Virus record (IMG/VR): IMGVR_UViG_3300011339_000428
Coordinates: 1 to 25,821 of that record
DNA length: 25,821 nucleotides
Reading direction: 5' to 3' (one strand)
DNA from: a virus
Lineage: Duplodnaviria; Caudoviricetes
Part shown: positions 1 through 7,112 of the stretch, piece after piece
Layout of the letters: each line of letters opens with the position of its first letter
Numbering within the stretch: the stretch's first letter is position 1
Notes under the pieces: generated by a model
Seen by the model: the letters and a program-made list of their open reading frames with translations, nothing else
Databases searched by the model: none
Told to the model about the DNA's origin: nothing
Made by a program: the position numbers and the translations under genes

Positions 1-28
1 CTTGTGCGACTGGGACTAGGTTTGTCAT
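1..28 (-). CDS. 5' end of a leftward gene (MTNLVPVAQ...), truncated by the window edge
   Basis: Minus strand reads AAAGGAG-atcatgct-ATG ACA AAC CTA GTC CCA GTC GCA CAA; strong RBS 8 nt before the ATG at 28. Confidence 0.55.
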
Positions 29-93
29 AGCATGATCTCCTTTAGGTTTGCTATTCACTACAGAAGCCTATCTCCTGTAGCGGGTTGTATATT

Positions 94-122
94 ACGATAG
101 CAACCTTACAACAACCTTACAA
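94..122 (-). promoter_or_regulatory. Candidate leftward sigma70 promoter
   Basis: Minus strand TTGTAA (122-117), 17 nt spacer, TATCGT (99-94) preceded by TGc (extended -10); points at the gene starting at 28. Confidence 0.4.
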
Positions 123-179
123 ACCCAATTTATTTTATTAGGACAAACCCTAATATGCTTTTTGTCCTTAGTTAGTGGG

Positions 180-206
180 GACAAACTTACAACCAGTCAG
201 CATGTC
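180..206. repeat. 27-bp dyad motif, copy 1
   Basis: GACAAACTTAC-AACCA-GTCAGCATGTC. Confidence 0.85.
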
Positions 207-223
207 CAGTTTAGAGTAGGGAA

Positions 224-243
224 CGGTCATTTCAACGCGGTAG
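224..243. repeat. 20-bp direct repeat, copy 1
   Basis: CGGTCATTTCAACGCGGTAG; 19/20 identical to 1088-1107. Confidence 0.85.
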
Positions 244-245
244 GC

Positions 246-280
246 AAAAAAATGGGAGGGTTTTTAGCCCCCCCAAAAAG
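246..280 (-). terminator. Intrinsic terminator after 288..905
   Basis: Minus strand GGGGGGG-ctaaaaa-CCCTCCC stem-loop followed by ATTTTTT, just after the stop codon. Confidence 0.7.
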
Positions 281-287
281 TTACTGG

Positions 288-905
288 TTACGAAATTTCT
301 ATGTCGTAGTTCAGTTCATCAAGCACATCACTGGCGGCTTCAATGCGTGCCACATCTGTGCAAGCCTTTGCCAGTTGAAACAGTCTATTGCGTGCTGTTT
401 TCAGTTCTTCTTTGCCCTCCAGTTCTTCCGCTTTGGTTCTTGCTTTTAGAATCGTTTCCAGTTCTTTGAGCGTTGCCATTTTTTTGGTTGGGTTCTTTGC
501 CTGTAATTCATACGCTTGACGCAAATTGTCGGTTAACTGGTGTGTCGGTATGCACTCATATTTCTGTGCCAGTTCTTCCGCTTTTTTAGCCCTTTCCGTT
601 GCCTTCTTAACGCTGGCTTCCGTTTGCGCTTTTGGTGCCACGATACCGAAAGATTCATTTAAACGCTTAGCAAAGCGTGTGAATGCCTGATCTGCAGAGT
701 TACCCTTTGCCTGTGGTTTCTCGGTTGTATATCCGTTCACCCAATCAGTGCGGTTGGCGATCCAGTTCGTGTAGTTGGGTTCTGTGCCCAATTCACGCGC
801 ATAGATTTCCAATGCCTGACTAGCGTCAATTTCTGACTTTGCGAACAATGCACCTGATTTAGATGCCTGATTTTCCACGGCTTGCGCCACGATAGTTTTT
901 TCCAT
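288..905 (-). CDS. Hypothetical phage early protein, 205 aa, Ala/Glu/Lys-rich and probably helical
   Basis: Long ORF with AGGAG RBS before the ATG and a terminator downstream; no motif recognised. Confidence 0.85.
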   Translation of the reverse strand: MEKTIVAQAVENQASKSGALFAKSEIDASQALEIYARELGTEPNYTNWIANRTDWVNGYTTEKPQAKGNSADQAFTRFAKRLNESFGIVAPKAQTEASVKKATERAKKAEELAQKYECIPTHQLTDNLRQAYELQAKNPTKKMATLKELETILKARTKAEELEGKEELKTARNRLFQLAKACTDVARIEAASDVLDELNYDIEIS

Positions 906-1032
906 TTGGTTTCTCCTGTATGGAAGTTAGTGCCAACTAACCTACTTAATTGGCTATCGTGATATTAAAAGCGTATGCTTACATGAACCTTACAAAGCAG
1001 CCTAGTTTCAAAATGTTTAATAGGGAAACCCT

Positions 1033-1059
1033 GACAAATTGACAGCCAGTCAGTTAGTC
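1033..1059. repeat. 27-bp dyad motif, copy 2
   Basis: GACAAATTGAC-AGCCA-GTCAGTTAGTC. Confidence 0.85.
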
Positions 1060-1087
1060 CAATGTTCTTTCAATTTTTTACAAGGAT

Positions 1088-1107
1088 CGGTCATTTCAAC
1101 GGGGTAG
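1088..1107. repeat. 20-bp direct repeat, copy 2
   Basis: CGGTCATTTCAACGGGGTAG. Confidence 0.85.
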
Positions 1108-1169
1108 CGCACGCAATGTTCCGTATTTTGTTCTATTGTTCTGTGGTGCCAAAAAACAACGGAACAATA

Positions 1170-1182
1170 CAAGTCGTTGATA
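1170..1182 (-). promoter_or_regulatory. IHF consensus site
   Basis: Minus strand TATCAACGACTTG matches WATCAANNNNTTR exactly. Confidence 0.65.
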
Positions 1183-1376
1183 TATAAGGCTTTTTTGCCT
1201 ATTGTTCTATTGTTCTATTGTTCTGTCGAAAAAAGCAGTTTTGAAAAAACGCAGTTCGAATGCCCCGCCCAGCATGTGTAATACTATTGTATATTTCATT
1301 TGCCCCCTATATATATTTTTAAAGAACAATAGAACAATAGAACATTACAACAACAATACAACACAACATCTATATA

Positions 1377-1389
1377 AATCAACAACTTA
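1377..1389 (+). promoter_or_regulatory. IHF consensus site
   Basis: AATCAACAACTTA matches WATCAANNNNTTR exactly. Confidence 0.65.
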
Positions 1390-1520
1390 CAGCGATTTCA
1401 TAATGTTCTACTTTAAAAACATGGTTACAGAACATTAGGTACATTAGGTACAATAGGAACTATAGGATTAAAAAACAAGCAGAACAACAAGGACAACTCT
1501 CCCTTGCAGAGTACAAACAC

Positions 1521-1549
1521 TTGACATTGTATAGTTTATCTGTTATAAT
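1521..1549 (+). promoter_or_regulatory. Strong rightward sigma70 early promoter
   Basis: Perfect TTGACA-17 nt-TATAAT with TGt extended -10, at the head of the rightward operon. Confidence 0.92.
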
Positions 1550-1609
1550 GTGGCTCTGCCACAGCGCAGGGAGGTTGTTGCGCGCAAGTAGGTTTCGCCC
1601 AGTCTCAGC

Positions 1610-1636
1610 GACATTCTGACATGTTGTCAGTTTGTC
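1610..1636. repeat. 27-bp dyad motif, copy 3
   Basis: GACATTCTGAC-ATGTT-GTCAGTTTGTC, in the leader just before the first RBS. Confidence 0.9.
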
Positions 1637-1652
1637 TTTATAGGAATCTTAT

Positions 1653-1886
1653 ATGCAAGTTCGTTCTTCCAACTCAGCCGTTGCTACTCGCACCGTGAAG
1701 CACAACCCAATGATCATTGCCTGTGATCGCAACTGGGATGAAATCTACCGCGCACCGCTTGACCAAATCAAAGGCATGGCATACGGTCCGCGTGAGGACT
1801 ATGAGTCTGGCTATCGTGGCATGAAGATCAACTGGTGCACAAGCCAAGACAGCGTTAAGGTTCACGGTTGGACTGTTGTTGCTTAA
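1653..1886 (+). CDS. Hypothetical phage protein, 77 aa
   Basis: First ORF after the promoter; AGGA RBS. Confidence 0.75.
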   Translation: MQVRSSNSAVATRTVKHNPMIIACDRNWDEIYRAPLDQIKGMAYGPREDYESGYRGMKINWCTSQDSVKVHGWTVVA

Positions 1887-1899
1887 TAAGGAGATAGAT

Positions 1900-2121
1900 A
1901 TGCGTTGTGTCAAATGTTTAACTAACGGAGTGGGGCGCGTCCGCGCCTCTTATGGTCACTTGCTATGCAAACCATGCGGTGAAGAACAAGCCCTGAAAGA
2001 TCGATCCAAGTGGACTGTCCTACAAGAGTATTCAAAGGGTGGGTATCAGTTCGTCACGCCGACTACGGCGCTGAGCGCCTTGCGCAATACCAATCAGAAA
2101 CATACAAGGGGAGACTTATGA
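1900..2121 (+). CDS. Small CxxC...CxxC zinc-finger-like protein, 73 aa
   Basis: TAAGGAG RBS, ATG 1900; CVKC and CKPC motifs. Confidence 0.8.
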   Translation: MRCVKCLTNGVGRVRASYGHLLCKPCGEEQALKDRSKWTVLQEYSKGGYQFVTPTTALSALRNTNQKHTRGDL

Positions 2122-2198
2122 CATGGGTGCAAGGGGTTCTGTTTGTATTGTTCGGGTTTATATTTTTTGTTGTTTTCATGGAGGGCTTTGATGACTAA
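2118..2198 (+). CDS. 26-aa single-pass membrane peptide
   Basis: GGAG RBS, ATGA overlap with the upstream stop; MTWVQGVLFVLFGFIFFVVFMEGFDD. Confidence 0.6.
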   Translation: MTWVQGVLFVLFGFIFFVVFMEGFDD

Positions 2199-2361
2199 GA
2201 AGGGAGACAACGCTGACTTGCTGTGCCAAGACTGCTATGTCCCATTGTTCCGATGGTTCTTGTCGCGTGTGGATTGGGTGAGAATACTCAAGACGCAAAG
2301 CGACGAACCGCTACGGAAAGAAATACAAACCGCAAAAAGTGAAAGGGTCACAAATGATTGA
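2191..2361 (+). CDS. Hypothetical protein, 56 aa
   Basis: GGAGG RBS at 2180, ATG 2191; tiles with its neighbours. Confidence 0.6.
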   Translation: MTKKGDNADLLCQDCYVPLFRWFLSRVDWVRILKTQSDEPLRKEIQTAKSERVTND

Positions 2362-2542
2362 AGTATCTATATCGGAGATTGTGCTGTTCGCATGGGCTTC
2401 CCTTGCAACGGGTCTGTATCTTAAAACCAAACACGAGGAAACAATGGTGCGCAAACTGTTTATGCACTTGATCGAGAACGACGAGGCGCGTGAGGAGATG
2501 GTCAAGCAATTCAAACTGGCACAAGAAAGGGGTGATGTATGA
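2354..2542 (+). CDS. Small protein with N-terminal hydrophobic segment, 62 aa
   Basis: ATG 2354, overlaps both neighbours; IVLFAWASLATGLYL. Confidence 0.65.
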   Translation: MIEVSISEIVLFAWASLATGLYLKTKHEETMVRKLFMHLIENDEAREEMVKQFKLAQERGDV

Positions 2543-2838
2543 GAACGCTGACTGTGGGGCAACTAATAGAACAACTGAGCGAGATGCCACAGGACTACCG
2601 CGTCTATTCGTGGGAGGGCGACAAGCGCATACCCATCAGCGAGGTGGTGAATGTGGGTGATGTGGTTGACCTATACAACTACGAAGCGGGTGATGGCAAC
2701 AACGAGGACTTTGCTTTGGTAGCAGAGTATGAAGATGCCCAACATGCTATGGAACTGGAGGACTTCGACAACTTCACGGGTCTGCGTGACAACACCGACC
2801 CAATCACCAAGATCACAGGACAAACTGACAAACTGTAA
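2539..2838 (+). CDS. Acidic hypothetical protein, 99 aa
   Basis: ATGA coupling; MRTLTVGQLIEQL..P N-terminus typical of small phage proteins. Confidence 0.75.
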   Translation: MRTLTVGQLIEQLSEMPQDYRVYSWEGDKRIPISEVVNVGDVVDLYNYEAGDGNNEDFALVAEYEDAQHAMELEDFDNFTGLRDNTDPITKITGQTDKL

Positions 2839-2845
2839 GTTTGTC
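2819..2845. repeat. 27-bp dyad motif, copy 4
   Basis: GACAAACTGAC-AAACT-GTAAGTTTGTC, spanning the stop of 2539..2838. Confidence 0.9.
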
Positions 2846-2861
2846 GCAGAAAGGAAAACAA

Positions 2862-3875
2862 ATGCAAAAACCAAATGACAAATGGGCGCGGGGCAACAGC
2901 AACCAGTACTGCTTCATGGCAGACAACATACCCGAACTAAAAACCTATCGGGAAGCGGAGATTCATTACGAAGCAGTTAAACCTTTCAGCAAGGGTGCAA
3001 GCAAGGGCAAGAAACCGCTTGGCTACAACCGCAGATACGACAGGGTGCAGATACGCATGGAGACAGGCGATATCGGCAAGATAGTAATCAAGCACTACCA
3101 CACCGACATTGCCACATACAAAGAGGACGGCTCGTTCGTGTTTGCCACAGGCGGGTACGACTCAGCGTCAACGACACAGATATTGCAGGAACTGTTTGGG
3201 CTTGAGAAGTTTGCTAGACGCAAAGGGAAAGCCTATTACTTTGACGGTATGGGGCGTGCCTATCGCTTCACCAACGGCTTACGCGTCAACGCAGATGGTC
3301 ATGTGGACACCGACTCCGCCTATATGGAATCGAGACATGCACTGAACAAGGACAAGTTCAAGGAAATAAAAGATCGCTACGCGATCTTCACGGACTACGC
3401 AAAGATGGTAACAACAATGACGCAAGGTGGTGAAGCACACGCGACCAAGATCGCACGCGGGGGCTACAAGATAGGCAGTTTCTCAGCACGCAACCCACGA
3501 CACATGTTGTCGTGCGACCAAGGTCCGATTCACTATCACAAGAAGAGACACGGTGAGTTGCGCGCAGAGTTCTTTAATGAGTTAGATCGTGCTTGTCTGA
3601 TAGCAGACGAGACCAAGCGCATGGAAGCAATGATGCCATTGGTGGAGTTCTTATCTTTCAGCGCATCAACAAACTACAGCACACGCATGGACGGTGATGA
3701 CATTAGATATACATGGACGGTAGACAACAAGCGTCTTACCTATTTCTTTAACGAGGTTCTTAAGTTCCATTACGGCGAGGAGGTATTCAACAAGGAACAT
3801 GTGCCACTAGGCACGATCGCGCATGACTCAAACTACAAGTACATAGAGTTATCGACGCGGGAGTTGACAACCTGA
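2862..3875 (+). CDS. Hypothetical phage protein, 337 aa
   Basis: AAGGA RBS, ATG 2862; long ORF with no catalytic motif recognised. Confidence 0.85.
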   Translation: MQKPNDKWARGNSNQYCFMADNIPELKTYREAEIHYEAVKPFSKGASKGKKPLGYNRRYDRVQIRMETGDIGKIVIKHYHTDIATYKEDGSFVFATGGYDSASTTQILQELFGLEKFARRKGKAYYFDGMGRAYRFTNGLRVNADGHVDTDSAYMESRHALNKDKFKEIKDRYAIFTDYAKMVTTMTQGGEAHATKIARGGYKIGSFSARNPRHMLSCDQGPIHYHKKRHGELRAEFFNELDRACLIADETKRMEAMMPLVEFLSFSASTNYSTRMDGDDIRYTWTVDNKRLTYFFNEVLKFHYGEEVFNKEHVPLGTIAHDSNYKYIELSTRELTT

Positions 3876-3892
3876 CATGGTGTCAGTTTGTC
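3866..3892. repeat. 27-bp dyad motif, copy 5
   Basis: GACAACCTGAC-ATGGT-GTCAGTTTGTC, spanning the stop of 2862..3875. Confidence 0.9.
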
Positions 3893-3927
3893 GCAGAGTT
3901 TATTGTTTAATTATTTTGGAGTAGATT

Positions 3928-4989
3928 ATGGAAGTTCGTATGACAACAGAGGTATCCTTGGCAGAAGCAGAGGACGCAATCCTTGCTTTCGGAAATCAGA
4001 ATGCGATTCACTTAGTCGGTGAGCCAGGAGTTGGTAAGACCGCTATGTTTGAACGCATCGTAGCAAAGACTGGGTATCGTGGTGTGTATATCGATACACC
4101 GAACACCGAGTTGGGTGACATTGGTATCCCCATGCCCCATCATGAAACCAAGACTACATCTCTCTACCCTAACGAGCATTGGGGTTTCCACTTGGCTGAC
4201 CCATGCGTTGTGTTCATCGACGAGTTCACTAAGCCTTCATCAATGGCTGTGCAGAACATGCTACACCCACTACTCAACGAGAGACGCATCAGTGGATTCA
4301 ACCTACACCGTGACTCTATCGTGATAACAGCAGGCAACAACTCAACGGACGGTGTGGGCGACATGCTCAAAGCCCACTCACTTAACAGGATTACTATTAT
4401 GCAAGTACGCAAACCAACATCAGATGAATGGATTGAATGGGGTGCCAACAACGGAGTAGCACCCGAATGTTTGGCATGGGTGAAAGCATACCCACACGCG
4501 TTGGCATCCTATCGTGATGCGGGGCAAGCCGAGAACCCATACATCTTCAACCCAAAGATTCCACAGAAATCTTTTGTATCGCCTCGCTCATTGCATCGTG
4601 CATCAAACATCTTGCACAAGCGTCATCTGATTACTCGCAATGCTTTGGTATCAGCATTGACTGGTTCTATCGGTGAAGCGGGTGCGCGTGACATGTTGGC
4701 GTATGTGGAGGTGGCGGACTCATTACCTACATGGCAAGAAGTAATCGACGACCCCAAGGGTTGCAAGTTACCGAGTTCTTCTGCGGCTTTAAACATCATG
4801 GCTTATGGTGCTACGCAACGGATAGATCGTGCCAACATCAGCAAGTGGTTCGAGTACTTGAAGCGTACACCGAAAGAATTGCAAAGCGTGTTCTGCTTGT
4901 CAACAAGCAAGCACCCTGAGAAGAAACAAATCTTGATGACTAGCGGTGCATTCGTAACATGGATGCGCGAGAACCAATACTTATTCTAA
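3928..4989 (+). CDS. MoxR-like (AAA_5/dynein-related) AAA+ ATPase
   Basis: Walker A GEPGVGKT, Walker B VVFIDEF, sensor-I TAGN, Arg finger SLNR, sensor-II SPRS. Confidence 0.9.
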   Translation: MEVRMTTEVSLAEAEDAILAFGNQNAIHLVGEPGVGKTAMFERIVAKTGYRGVYIDTPNTELGDIGIPMPHHETKTTSLYPNEHWGFHLADPCVVFIDEFTKPSSMAVQNMLHPLLNERRISGFNLHRDSIVITAGNNSTDGVGDMLKAHSLNRITIMQVRKPTSDEWIEWGANNGVAPECLAWVKAYPHALASYRDAGQAENPYIFNPKIPQKSFVSPRSLHRASNILHKRHLITRNALVSALTGSIGEAGARDMLAYVEVADSLPTWQEVIDDPKGCKLPSSSAALNIMAYGATQRIDRANISKWFEYLKRTPKELQSVFCLSTSKHPEKKQILMTSGAFVTWMRENQYLF

Positions 4990-4998
4990 GGAGGATAT

Positions 4999-5124
4999 AT
5001 GACACCGACGCAACTTTACGATCTGCTCGACAAAGCAGATATTGAGTACGACATTGTGGAAATATTTGAGGGGGTGCGCGTACTGCGCATCATGGTAAAC
5101 GACGATAAGGAGGGCGAAGAATGA
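4999..5124 (+). CDS. Small acidic protein, 41 aa (not in the ORF track)
   Basis: TAAGGAGG RBS; MTPTQLYDLLDKADIEYDIVEIFEGVRVLRIMVNDDKEGEE; ATGA overlap with the next gene. Confidence 0.75.
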   Translation: MTPTQLYDLLDKADIEYDIVEIFEGVRVLRIMVNDDKEGEE

Positions 5125-5357
5125 ATGTCACGAAGAAACAGATGCGTGAGATCAAAGATCTAAAGAACCAAGTGGGGCAACTCATGGAGGGGGCGAACGG
5201 CACCATGTTTATGTGTGTGCTTACTAGCCTGATAGGAGATGCAGGGGTGCAATGGCGCGAGGGTACACCCAAGCGTGAGTTCATTGCTGAAACTGTAGAA
5301 GCAATCAGCATGTGGTACGACTGGTACGAGAAAGAAGCGGAGGTAGATGATGAGTGA
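5121..5357 (+). CDS. Hypothetical protein, 78 aa
   Basis: AAGGAGG RBS, coupled start. Confidence 0.75.
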   Translation: MNVTKKQMREIKDLKNQVGQLMEGANGTMFMCVLTSLIGDAGVQWREGTPKREFIAETVEAISMWYDWYEKEAEVDDE

Positions 5358-5505
5358 GAAAGATTTTGTAATGGCGTGGCTACTAGCAATGCGTGCTGGT
5401 AGTTCTGAAGCAATGTTTGGTGATATCCGAGTAGCAAACAACATACACCAAGCACGGGAAATCTATAAACAACTAATGGAGGAATCAAATGAAACTAACG
5501 GCTGA
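5350..5505 (+). CDS. Small hypothetical protein, ~51 aa (not in the ORF track)
   Basis: GGAGG RBS at 5339; MSEKDFVMAWLLAMRAG...; fills the gap between neighbours. Confidence 0.65.
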   Translation: MSEKDFVMAWLLAMRAGSSEAMFGDIRVANNIHQAREIYKQLMEESNETNG

Positions 5506-6751
5506 ACAACGCATAGAGCGTGCGCATGTACGACTCATGCAAAACCCTGACTTCTGTTTATTCTCAGGAGTATTCATGGTGGGCAAGGTTACTGTATCGG
5601 AGAAGTGTAAGTCTGCGCGTACCAATGGGCGAGATGTAGAGTACGGGCGTTCGTTCGTAGATATGCTCAACGACAAACAACTTGCTTTCCTTGTTGTGCA
5701 TGAAGCAATGCACAAAGCCTATCGCCACATGACGGTATGGAAACACCTACCCGATAAGCAAGTAGCGAACTGGGCTATGGACTATGTTATCAACTTACAG
5801 ATCAAGGACACCGACCCTAGCGAGAAAGAGGTGGCGATGCCACGCGACCCGCAGACAGGCAAGGTCATTGGTTTGATTGACGAGAAGTATCGCGGTATGG
5901 ATACCAAGCAAGTCTACGACCTACTCATTGAGGAAGGCAAAGGTGGCAAGGGTGATGAGGGCGAATGCGAAGGTAGTGGAGATGATGAGATCGGTCATTC
6001 CTCTCCTGACGGTGGACAAACTGACAAGCCGTCAGGTTGTCCCGATGAACTTGATGAGCACGACTGGCAAGGCGCACGCGAACTAACGCAGGAGGAAACC
6101 GAAGAGTTGGAACGCGAAATCGATTCAGCGTTGCGTGAAGGTTCAATACTTGCGGGAAAGATGAAAGGCAAAGTGCCACGCGGTATTGAAGAAATCCTAC
6201 ACCCCAAGGTTGATTGGCGCGAAGCACTAAGGGAATTTATTAAAACCGCTACACGCGGTGGCGATCAATCCACATGGCGCAGACCTAATCGTCGCTATCT
6301 TGCAAGCGGAATCATCATGCCAAGCGCAGAGACTCACAGAGCCGAGTGCATTGCTATCGGGATAGATACATCAGGTTCTATTGGCGGTCCCGAACTAGGA
6401 CGCTTTCTCGGAGAGATGAAATCAATCTGTGACGAGGTAGCACCCGAGAAGATCGAGTTGATGTATTGGGATAGCCATGTCGCGGGGCATGAGACTTACT
6501 CAGGCGGCGAGTTGCAAAACATTGCGTCTCTCACACAACCCAAAGGTGGTGGTGGTACTGAGCCTGCTTGCGTACCCAAGTACATGCAAGAGAAACGCAT
6601 CACACCGCAATGCACCGTGATGCTGACTGACGGCTACTTCTACGGAGATGGTTGTGGTGATTGGTCTGCAAGCAATGCACCAGTATTGTGGTGCGTGGTA
6701 GGCAACAAGAACTTTGTTCCTACTGTTGGTCAATCTGTTTTGGTGGAGTGA
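5489..6751 (+). CDS. DUF2201-type protein: N-terminal HEXXH metallopeptidase-like domain, acidic linker, C-terminal vWA domain
   Basis: HEAMH motif then N.A.D..IN; acidic Gly-rich linker; W.RPNRR; MIDAS DTSGS, GGGGT, LTDG. Confidence 0.9.
   Translation: MKLTAEQRIERAHVRLMQNPDFCLFSGVFMVGKVTVSEKCKSARTNGRDVEYGRSFVDMLNDKQLAFLVVHEAMHKAYRHMTVWKHLPDKQVANWAMDYVINLQIKDTDPSEKEVAMPRDPQTGKVIGLIDEKYRGMDTKQVYDLLIEEGKGGKGDEGECEGSGDDEIGHSSPDGGQTDKPSGCPDELDEHDWQGARELTQEETEELEREIDSALREGSILAGKMKGKVPRGIEEILHPKVDWREALREFIKTATRGGDQSTWRRPNRRYLASGIIMPSAETHRAECIAIGIDTSGSIGGPELGRFLGEMKSICDEVAPEKIELMYWDSHVAGHETYSGGELQNIASLTQPKGGGGTEPACVPKYMQEKRITPQCTVMLTDGYFYGDGCGDWSASNAPVLWCVVGNKNFVPTVGQSVLVE
6015..6041. repeat. 27-bp dyad motif, copy 6 (intragenic)
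   Basis: GACAAACTGAC-AAGCC-GTCAGGTTGTC inside the linker of the vWA gene. Confidence 0.9.
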
Positions 6752-6752
6752 T

Positions 6753-6959
6753 ATGAAATACGAGAAAGAACCAAGGCACACGCTGAGTGTCAACGCGATA
6801 GCGTATGAAGAACTGCAAGTGATACAGGGGAGACTAGAGAGGGAGATTGGCTTCAAGCCATCTATGTCTCAGATCATTATGTATCTTGCTACCAAAGTTT
6901 ATTACAAGGGAGACGAATATGGATCAGAGCATCAAGACTCTAGTACTCAAGCCGTATGA
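6753..6959 (+). CDS. Putative ribbon-helix-helix DNA-binding protein, 68 aa
   Basis: GGAG RBS; HTLSVNAIAYEELQVIQ...SMSQIIMYL fits a beta-strand/helix/S-x-S-helix pattern. Confidence 0.55.
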   Translation: MKYEKEPRHTLSVNAIAYEELQVIQGRLEREIGFKPSMSQIIMYLATKVYYKGDEYGSEHQDSSTQAV

Positions 6960-7104
6960 AGGCGAGGAAGATTTATACGAGCATGGCATAGCATTTTGCA
7001 GAACTGCGCAAGAGAAAGGATTGAACATGGCGCAATGCTTTGATAGGTTTAGTTACTACATCAAAGCGGTATACAACGAAGAACATTCAAATACAGAACA
7101 CTAG
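6919..7104 (+). CDS. Hypothetical protein, 61 aa
   Basis: GGGAG RBS, ATG 6919. Confidence 0.6.
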   Translation: MDQSIKTLVLKPYEGEEDLYEHGIAFCRTAQEKGLNMAQCFDRFSYYIKAVYNEEHSNTEH

Positions 7105-7112
7105 GAGGAAGT

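Larger units (their letters stand above)
1061..1490. other. Putative phage replication origin (iteron-like octamers plus IHF sites)
   Basis: AT-rich non-coding region; (ATTGTTCT)x3 at 1201-1224 faces AGAACAAT-AGAACAAT-AGAACATT at 1323-1346; further variants at 1061, 1115, 1127, 1135, 1161, 1402, 1429, 1438, 1447, 1456. Confidence 0.6.

Noticed and set aside
140-168. AGGACAAA...TTTGTCCT inverted repeat as an eighth dyad copy
   Set aside because: The outer boxes are 2 bp too close and the inner GAC/GTC boxes are missing; at most a degenerate relic
1202-1438. 78-aa ORF in the track
   Set aside because: TTG start, no RBS; it simply reads through the octamer repeat arrays
1550-1652. Structured leader as an ncRNA or riboswitch
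   Set aside because: Only short hairpins plus the dyad; no recognisable family features
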